64,000 nt of DNA from Amoeboaphelidium occidentale. Lineage: Eukaryota. This document shows positions 50,732 through 59,277 of this stretch, piece after piece. The notes beneath the pieces are model-generated. The model was not told the origin of the DNA. It was given only the letters and a program-made list of their open reading frames with translations, and made no database searches. The stretch is from NCBI GenBank assembly GCA_023515795.1, contig JALGPX010000005.1:124001-188000 (forward strand). The letters are read 5' to 3'. The first letter of the stretch is position 1. Every line of letters begins with the position of its first letter. A program made the translations under genes and the position numbers.

Positions 50732-51129
50732 TTGAAACAAAGAATCTTAATCTGCCCAGATCCAGGGGTGAATGTAATTCTGCCCAATCGTTCATCTCAG
50801 GGGCTGCGTATCTTCCTTCAGGAAATCTAGTGCCAGGCAAGGCAAGGTAAATACTGATCTTGCATGCAGCGATAGACTTCTTCAACGTACTTCAAAGGTC
50901 TTTTTTAGCTGAATCGAGTTTGATTTCTGCTCTGTCGGGCACTTTAACTAAAGTGAAGCAACTACCTAAACAAAAGATTCAATATGGCAAACCCCTGTTT
51001 CACGAATCATTCTTGAATATATCGAGGTTGGCTTATACCTGTCACAAGCAGAACTAATTGTGAGACACTAGTTGGGTTCTATTCTGCAATACAAACGAAA
51101 TCACAACAAGGAAACCTTAGCTGTAGTCA

Positions 51130-51202
51130 GCTCTGTTGGCGCAGCTGGCAGCGCGTAGGTCTCATAATCCTGAGGTCGTGAGTTCGAACCTCACACAGAG
51201 CA
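51130..51202 (+). tRNA. tRNA-Met(CAT), elongator type
   Basis: Acceptor GCTCTGT/ACAGAGC, D-arm TGGCGCAGCTGGCAGCGC, anticodon loop CTCATAA, T-arm GTGAG-TTCGAAC-CTCAC. Confidence 0.95.
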
Positions 51203-51203
51203 C

Positions 51204-51208
51204 TTTTT
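51204..51208 (+). terminator. RNA polymerase III terminator (T5)
   Basis: TTTTT immediately after the tRNA discriminator base. Confidence 0.7.
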
Positions 51209-51426
51209 GCCGGAATTCACTGTATTTTTATCGCGTTATTAAGGAACTGATGGCTCTTGATAATATTGTTCTAAAATGCGAACTCCCATGCCTTTTTCCA
51301 CTAGTAACTCCTTTTAAAACCATTGTTCACAATGATCTTCTTGTTGTTTCGGCTGAGCGAACATAATCCGCATGCTGTAAAAGATTGTTTTATTGACATA
51401 GCGTAATCACTAACAGATTCTGCCTT

Positions 51427-51744
51427 TGATAATTAGTCCATAGAGATTATCATCGTGTTGACCTTCTGAGATGTTTAACTCAGGCGAAGGCGTCCCGAGA
51501 ATAATGATGACCTCTCGTTTCAAGGTTATACCATTAATGCCTTCATAATTGATGTTTGCTGTCAGCCGCATCCACAAAACCAAGAAGAGTTTAAAATCTC
51601 TTGTATATCGCGTATCAATAGGATCGTAATCATTCTGCAATTCTCCCAAACACGTGCAACGCAAACAGAACGCACAATTTCTATTTTAGACTAGATAGTA
51701 ACTACACAAAATAACATTAAAATATCGTGATGATACAGCGTACC
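51427..51744 (-). ncRNA. Candidate omegaRNA scaffold of the Fanzor-like locus
   Basis: Directly 3' of the RuvC ORF; five closely spaced stem-loops in 51427-51603. Boundaries unknown. Confidence 0.35.
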
Positions 51745-53440
51745 TCAATGCGACATGTCAAGCCGCCTTTTTCCCTTCTTTACCAATGAAACAGATACGT
51801 TATCTTCAGCGGAATCATCTAAAGTCTTATCACCTATTTCATCGCTAATGGAAGCAGAATAATCTGGTGAAGGCTTGTCCGGAGGTTTGTATCGTAAGTG
51901 CTCAGGCCTTCCTTTCCCTGTTACTTCATCTCTTAGCACTCTTGCCATGTTCTCTCCAGCCATAACGTCTCGATGATAGAAAACATGACAATGTCTGCAA
52001 TATTTCACACGCATCTTGAGTTGTTCTGTCCTGTTGAAACATCTAGGACACATTTGACTGGTAAGATACTCCTCAACGCAGACAACAGTGTAGCCAAGAG
52101 ATCTTAATTTCATAACCAGATGTTTTTCAAACAATGTGTGAGTGTTGTCTCCCATTTCGAATTTGCTTGCTCCTATGCCAATGACAATGCGTTTGTTTTT
52201 GAAAGCCTCACGCTTCAGATTGTAGTTGATTTTCATTTCTACCATTCGAAGTATAGCATGAACAGCACGATCAAATTCGCCACGCAGAGCTTTCTTGATA
52301 TCCCATCGATTCTTTTTCATGGATAAACTATTGTAGAAAGCATACAATTTTGAGTAACAGTTAAACCATCTAGTCGCGAAATTGGAAGCTGTTTCAGATT
52401 CAGTTCTCTCCATTAGCCGCTCTGTTTCATACACCCACTCATTCTCATATTTTTGTTTGTAAAACCATCTGTTGTATTTTTTTAATGGTCCTCGAAGGGC
52501 GTTCTTTCTGATAGCAAGATTGCGGATGGTATTCGAGCTTTCTTGTACTGCACAGACACCAGCAGAATACTTGTATCCTAAATCAACTCCAACAAAGTAG
52601 CAATCCTTTGCTTCATCCTCGGTCATTTTAGGAACTTTGTCATAAACAACGTCGGAGGGCTTGACACCAGCATTATCAAACAACCCTTCGTCAAAGTCGA
52701 TCTCCTGAGTTGGTTGGAGAACGTTCCTCTTCTTTTTCTCTGCTGTGTCAAGAACATGCACTCTCAACTCTACACCATCAGTTTGCAATGTATTCTGTAA
52801 AATATATCGTTTGTTTGAAGTATCATTCTGAAGTCGAAGATGCCGATTTCGATTATCACCAAAGTTTTTGCCAAACAATTCCATAAAGAACCACCCCTTG
52901 TTCTGAATTACAAAGTCGTTCGAAATTCTCTTAAACACTGGAACAACTTGTTTAAGAACATCCAATAAGCCAGACTCGTTAACGGTGATCGCAAGGTCAG
53001 GAACGCGGGACAACGAAAACATACTCCATCGCTTGTTGCTTGGAAGTAGTTGATTCAGCTTGTAAAAATACTCAACCTTGCTTTTGCATAGCTTTTGTAG
53101 CTTGTTGATATCATCTTTTAGATTTGAGTCATATTCAAAGACAACTTCCTCTAATAGTTTCACTCTGCCAACAACTTGCCCAGCGAACTCGGTGTCCAAC
53201 TGTTTAGCGATGAAATCAGTTGCCTGACACATACTGAATTTTGATAACGTATACAATTTCAGAGACTTCACCTCACGACCGCTGAACAATTTCTTATTAA
53301 TACAACTTTTAAAGAGGTTTAACCCTACAGACTCAGTTTCATCCCTCCCAGTACCATTAAGAAACGACATGCATGGCTGCCAGAATTTTCTTCCTCCTTG
53401 ACCTTTTGTATCACCAAGAATCATATCATCTAATTTTAAC
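51745..53440 (-). CDS. Fanzor1/TnpB-like RuvC nuclease domain (C-terminal half of the fused gene)
   Basis: TDGV motif; RuvC-I VGVDLG (D at 52582-52584); IVIGIG; RuvC-II VEEYLTSQMC (E at 52069-52071); zinc finger CPRC..CRHC; RuvC-III HRDVMAGENM (D at 51967-51969); terminal RP..L. Confidence 0.9.
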
Positions 53441-53441
53441 N

Positions 53442-56400
53442 AACAATTTCTTATTAATACAACTTTTAAAGAGGTTTAACCCTACCGACTCAGTTTCATC
53501 CCTCCCAGTACCATTAAGAAACGACATGCATGGCTGCCAGAATTTTCTTCCTCCTTGACCTTTTGTATCACCAAGAATCATATCATCTAATTTTAACGTG
53601 TTTTCATTTAATTTTATAATACTCTCTACAAACACTTCTGCGGCTTACTGGGCTTTGCGTTTCAGTATATTCAGCTGCGCCACTAAAATACTGAAACAAT
53701 GAATTATTTCTTTTTCATACTGTGCATATTGTCTTTGTCGATTTCTTGTTGAAAGCGCTCCAATACTCCACGTCTTTGTTACAAACTTTGCTTTCAAACT
53801 TGACATTTCTCTACTTTCGTCCGTGACGTTACGCGAACCTGTAGCACCAGCCTCAGCAGCATCAGGCTTATTTCTAAAATTTCTTGATGATGGCTGGTGT
53901 TTCGCAGACGTCTTTTTTCTCTTCTTACTTGAATTGTGAACGGTTGTTGAAGCAGAAGATCCACTTTCTTCATTGCTTTTACTTCCATCTAAATTTTCCT
54001 GTAATGCTTCAATTTGAGATTCCAAAATTTCCTCCGGCTGCTTTGGTCTTTTCTTCAGAGGTAAAGGTGGAACCTCAGACACACACAGTGATTTTCTATC
54101 CACAGTTTTATATTTATATCGCGTCAAGCTTTCATTATCATCATTGAACTTCTCACCTAGAACACGAAACGGATTTTTGTGAGTCCAGCGTTTAAGGTCC
54201 AAATTATCGCTGTTCCCAATATAATTTTCCTGCTTATCCTTCCATGCAATATTGTAATTGTCCCATTTTTTAATACTCTCCTTATTAAACAAAGATAACT
54301 GTAATAGTTTTTCTGTTCTAGCGTCGTGATGTAGAACATGTTCCTCTTTGCACTCAAAGATCATAANAGCACCAGCCTCAGCAGCATCAGGCTTATTTCT
54401 AAAATTTCTTGATGATGGCTGGTGTTTCGCAGACTTCTTTTTTCTCTTCTTACTTGAATTGTGGACGGTTGTTGAAGCAGTAAATCCACTGTCTTCATTG
54501 CTTTCACTGCCATCTAAATTTTCCTGTAATGCTTCAATTTGAGATTCCAAAATTTCCTCCGGCTGCTTTGGTCTTTTCTTCAGAGGTAAAGGTGGAACCT
54601 CAGACACACACACAGTGATTTTCTATCCACAGTTTTATATTTATATCGCGTCAAGCTTTCATTATCATCATTGAACTTCTCACCTAGAACACGAAACGGA
54701 TTTTTGTGAGTCCAGCGTTTAAGGTCCAAATTATCGCTGTTCCCAATATAATTTTCCTGCTTATCCTTCCATGCAATAATGTAATTGTCCCATTTTTTAA
54801 TACTCTCCTTATTAACAAAGATAACTGTAATAGTTTTTCTGTTCTAGCGTCGTGATGTAGAACATGTTCCTCTTTGCACTCAAAGATCATAATGGCTTTG
54901 TCAAAATTCGAGTCCGAACCAACAGTTTCCAAGAACGATTGTACTATCTTGTTGCATGACTCAAGATCAGCTTTTCTGTATTGTCTTATCCATTTGTACA
55001 CGCTAGCAATAGCCCATCCTCGAACATTTGAGCAGTAATCATTTCCACTTAATACCGCCAATGCACGCAATGATGCAAGATTTAGCTTAAGCTTATTTCT
55101 GGCTTCAGCGACGTCAATGTATCGGATCATTAAATTATTTCCTTGAAGAGAAGGAACAGCCCAAATGCCGTCATTTAGATGAAACACCATATCAGAGTCA
55201 GTGCTGATAACATTTACGCGACCTTTTCTTGTACCAATGAACACATCCGCTTCACCGGCAGCTTGCTCAATCTTGTACCCAAGCCTCTTCAGTAGAGCCA
55301 TTATTTCTTCTTTGTCTTGCTTGGTCAGAACAAAAGCTTTCTTGATCAACTTCTTCATTAAGATTTTCTTTGCTTTAGACACTCTCTTCAAAGACACTTT
55401 ATCTTCTGCTCCCTCTTGATCTCCATTATCTTTGCATAGAGAGTCAACAAAATACTGAAGATCCTGAATAGATTGGCGCTTGCTCTCTAGCCTTTTGATG
55501 TGAGTGACTTGCTTCTCTTCTGTTGATCCACCATCAAAGACAATCGTTANTCCGCTTTACCGGCAGCTTGCTCAATCTGGTACCCAAGCCTCTTCAGTAG
55601 AGCCATTATTTCTTCTTTGTCTTGCTTGGTCAGAACAAAAGCTTTCATTATCAACTTCTTCATTAGGATTTTCTTTGATTTAGACACTCTCTTCAAAGAC
55701 ACTTTATCTTCTGCTCCCTCTTGATCTCCATTATCTTTGCATAGAGAGTCAACAAAATACTGAAGAGCCTGAACAGATTGGCGTTTGCTCTCTAGCCTTT
55801 TGATGTGAGTGACTTGCTTCTCTTCTGTTGATCCACCATCAAACACAATCGTTAAATGCTTGCTTTTAGGAATAATGGTTGTAATGCGCTTGACCATATG
55901 ATCCCAATCTTTTAATCTTGAGTACTTGGAGCACAATAAAGGATAGAAGACCGCCTCGAAGTCCAAGTAGTGATGCTCATTTCGAAAAGGATAATTTTCA
56001 TAACTGATATGCTTTGAGAAGAGCTTTTTGGCTTTGAAGAACTTNGATTTTCTTTGCTTTAGACACTCTCTTCAAAGACACTTTATCTTCTGCTCCCTCT
56101 TGATCTCCATTATCTTTGCATAGAGAGTCAACAAAATACTGAAGATCCTGAATAGATTGGCGCTTGCTCTCTAGCCTTTTGATGTGAGTGACTTGCTTCT
56201 CTTCTGTTGATCCACCATCAAAGACAATCGTTAAATGCTTGATTTTGGTAATAATGGTTGTAATGCGCTTGATCATATGATCCCAATCTTTTGATCTTGA
56301 GTACTTGGAGCACATCAAAGGATAGAAAACCGCCTCGAAGTCCAAGTAGTGATGCTCATTTCGAAAAGGATAATTTTCATAACTGATCTGCTTTGAGAAG

Positions 56401-56443
56401 AGCTTTTGGCTTTGAAGAACTTATGCGCACCTTCCACTCCCAT
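53442..56443 (-). pseudogene. FEN1/XPG-family PIN nuclease domain plus linker (N-terminal half of the fused gene), present as overlapping, partly disabled segments
   Basis: MGVEG start (ATG 56443), YLDFE, IVFDG..EEK..T..KR, QAAGEAD, ISTDSD, LAVLSGNDY..NVRG. Split by single-N joins at 53441, 54367, 55550 and 56045; frameshifts and one in-frame TAA (53645-53647). Confidence 0.85.
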
Positions 56444-56454
56444 TAATGATTATC

Positions 56455-57076
56455 AAAAAATAAAGAGAACGCAATCAGAAAAAAGGTCAAAAGCAAACTT
56501 TTCAATTTTATTAAGGTTTGTATGGGAGAATCGTTTAAGTATATGGCCCGGCTCTTGTTTAGCAAATTATTTAAAGTTGAAGTTTCCTAGTTAACCTTAA
56601 TGACAATCATGCTTCTGGTTCTGATACCTCTTCTATCAGATTGATCCCTCCGGTGCCTGGAGATTGACTTCTGTCTTAACACGTGCTTGCAGCACACACA
56701 CAGATCGACACCTCGAGCCACAGCCTGTATCTTCAGATAGCAAATTATTGATGAATGNNNNNNNNNNNNNNNNNNNAAAATAAAGATGACGCAATCAAAA
56801 AAGAGGTCATAAGCAAACTTTTCAATTTTATTAAGGTTTGTATGGGAGAATCGTTTAAGTATATGGCCCAGCTCTTGTTTAGCAAATTATTTAAAGTTGA
56901 AGTTTCCTAGTTAACCTTAATGACAATCTTGCTTCTGGTTCTGATACCTCTTCTATCAGATTGATCCCTCCTGTGCCTGGAGATTGACTTCTGTCTTTAT
57001 ACGTGCTTGCAGCACACACACAGATCGACACCTCGAGCCACAGCCTGTATCTTCAGATAGCAAATTATTGATGAAT
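56455..57076. repeat. ~300-nt near-identical duplication around N-gap 56758-56776 (probable haplotype duplication)
   Basis: 56455-56757 recurs at 56777-57076 with several substitutions. Confidence 0.8.
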
Positions 57077-57238
57077 GATCGTATTTTAGAACAGCTTTAC
57101 CTCTGATGGCTTTGCAGGTAACAGATAAGAAAGTGCAGCATCCTTAATGATCCCACAAAGGTCGTTAATAAGATGCAAGAACTTCAAGCAGACTTTTTTG
57201 TTCTACCCTTCGATCTTGCTTTCATCCATTACTGTTCC

Positions 57239-57507
57239 TGTTGGAATTAATGCGAATTCCAGTTTAGTCGATTCAATACAAACACTTCCGTTTTGGTCTG
57301 AGTTGTGGCTGAGTAATTTGACGTAGATCTGTAGATCAAATAAAGCGAAGTGAACGAAGTGCGTTTATTTCGGTCTTGCTAGGTTTACAGTTAAGTAAGT
57401 TAAGCGTTTCTTAGTGAAAAGTCGACAGTTATGAGCCCTGCTATCGACAACGTTAAGCACGTCCTCCAAGGTTCTAGCAATTATGCGCACTGGGCGCAAG
57501 AAATTAA
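57239..57507 (+). mobile_element. 5' end of a Ty1/copia retrotransposon: LTR, primer-binding site and gag start
   Basis: 189-bp LTR TG...CA (57239-57427); PBS GTTATGAGCCCTGC (57428-57441); gag MSPAIDNVKHVLQGSSNYAHW with the copia L.G..NY..W motif; truncated at N 57508. Confidence 0.9.
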
Positions 57508-57944
57508 NTCCAAGAACTTCAAGCAGACTTTGTTGTTCTACCCTTCGATCTTGCTTTCATTCATTACTGTTCCGATTATGAGACACATTAAAATTTTGTT
57601 GAGATCAGTATTAGCCATCTGCATTAATTTCAAATTGTACTAAANATTGCGTGAAAATAATATCTGATAGACTAAACAAAGGTTGCACAGTGAATTTTCG
57701 GAAAGCTTGCGAGAAATATCTATTTTCAAGTGAATACATCTCCGACAGTGACGAGGATGTAATTGCTGCAAGAAAGGCATGCAGAAAGCGGGCAGAAATA
57801 CAAGAAAGTCTGCCAAACTGATTCCGTGTTCTGAGACTTCGAAACATACTTCTTATGGGTTTTGTTCAATAGTTTCTAGGGTCTTGAAATTAATACCTGA
57901 ATAAATCGTACAACAGCCCTTGACACAGCAAAACTTCTATTTAC

Positions 57945-59219
57945 TTAGCCAGAATGAATTTTCAGTTCGTTTCCGTCTTGAGTTAAATAATGAGCGTTAC
58001 TAAGTGCAGCTAATGGATCATTTTTATAGTGAACAAAGTGACCTTGAAGTTGAGCTGCACTAACTTCATAACCTTTCAATTTCTTTACAAACTTATCCGC
58101 TAGATCGGTTTCACCTTCATAAAATCGCAAAAACATCTCATTAATCTGATAATCAGAAGCGTTCCCAATTAGTACTTTCAGATCGACCCTGCCAGGCCTC
58201 AGTAATGCTTTATCCAGTCTCTCAATATGATTCGTAGTCATAAAAATTATTCTTCCTTCCGATGAAACAACTCCATCTAACGCGTTAAGAAACCCACTGA
58301 ATGTCATGTTGTTTCCTTCCGTTTTCCCTGTACTTTCTCGCTGATTTGTAAATGCTGCGTCGATATCTTCAAGAATAACTATCGACCTTTGAGGAATTAC
58401 AGACATGAGCAAATTTAATCGATCATCACTTAAATACTTCTCTGATAAGTTCAACACACAAATGTTGTACTCTAATTCACCTGCAAGCGCCTGAATAAAA
58501 CTGCTCTTGCCACTCCCCGGCGGGCCATACAATAAATACCCGCGACGATAAGGAATCCCTCTGTCAACGTACCATTTTCCATTAGCAAGGAAATCGTTAA
58601 CATCACTCAAAATTCTATCTGATATTCCTTTGTCCAGTATAACGGAAGATAAAGGTCGTCTCCTTCGTGGATAACCAAAAGGCTTCCATTCTTGTCCCCA
58701 AGATGTGTAAATCACAGTTTTGCCCTCCTGTCCAGCAAAAGCTTCTTCTCGAGCTTCGTCCAATATAAGCGATACTATGGAACGATCCCTCGTGACAGCG
58801 GTCATTGTCAATGTTTCCATCGCAGAAGAAGAACCGCTTGATATGTCAACTGTGGGACGTTCCCTCTGTCTTTCCACCTGAAACCAAATACCTTTCCATT
58901 TGAAGTAATGACGCCCAGGAGACGGCACGAAACTAAATTGAGTAGAGAAGCTTCCATTATCGCGTTGGACGAACGATGTTTTTACGCTGATATGCTGAGA
59001 TCGCTGTGCTATTTGCTTGTTGATCCATTGAAGCACCCAAAAGTAGCTCTTATCGTAGCTTGGTATATCAATAGTTGTAAGAAAATGTCTACGCGCCAAA
59101 TAATCCAGTTGTTTACCTCCTTGCTTAAGCACGGCCAATCCGGTACCTACACCGACAAGGCCAAGACCAGCGGTAAAGATCGAATTATTTGCGATCGACT
59201 CCAACACAGATTCGAACAT
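57945..59219 (-). CDS. BCS1: Mitochondrial AAA chaperone Bcs1
   Basis: N.IFTAGLGL.G.G, FVPSPGRH, RGIPYRRGYLLYGPPGSGKSS, LEDID, MTTNH..RLD.ALLRPGRVD. Confidence 0.96.
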   Translation of the reverse strand: MFESVLESIANNSIFTAGLGLVGVGTGLAVLKQGGKQLDYLARRHFLTTIDIPSYDKSYFWVLQWINKQIAQRSQHISVKTSFVQRDNGSFSTQFSFVPSPGRHYFKWKGIWFQVERQRERPTVDISSGSSSAMETLTMTAVTRDRSIVSLILDEAREEAFAGQEGKTVIYTSWGQEWKPFGYPRRRRPLSSVILDKGISDRILSDVNDFLANGKWYVDRGIPYRRGYLLYGPPGSGKSSFIQALAGELEYNICVLNLSEKYLSDDRLNLLMSVIPQRSIVILEDIDAAFTNQRESTGKTEGNNMTFSGFLNALDGVVSSEGRIIFMTTNHIERLDKALLRPGRVDLKVLIGNASDYQINEMFLRFYEGETDLADKFVKKLKGYEVSAAQLQGHFVHYKNDPLAALSNAHYLTQDGNELKIHSG

Positions 59220-59277
59220 GAAAAGAAAAAACAAGTCAAAGTTTCATTACTCATTTCATTTATTAATTCCAGCTACT

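Noticed and set aside
53645..53647. TAA read as Gln (alternative genetic code known in an aphelid)
   Set aside because: Conserved genes here end at TAA/TAG where expected (BiP after HDEL, pyruvate kinase, HBS1), and long ORFs lack internal TAR codons.
51236..56600. Possible element termini TTAA-GG (51239) ... CC-TTAA (56595-56600) around the Fanzor locus
   Set aside because: Only about 6 bp of inverted match in AT-rich DNA. It cannot be distinguished from chance without other copies or an empty site.
53441..57076. Tandem repeats resembling a CRISPR-like array or true internal domain duplications
   Set aside because: The repeats are 150-500 nt coding overlaps that always abut an N, with no repeat-spacer periodicity.
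47646..57427. Two LTRs as the ends of one 9.8-kb retroelement carrying the Fanzor
   Set aside because: The second LTR is followed by PBS and gag, so it is a 5' LTR. Each LTR has its own empty-site allele, and host genes lie between them.
56600..57850. Degenerate plus-strand coding-like fragments as a partner transposase
   Set aside because: Short interrupted frames with no recognisable DDE, HUH or recombinase motif.
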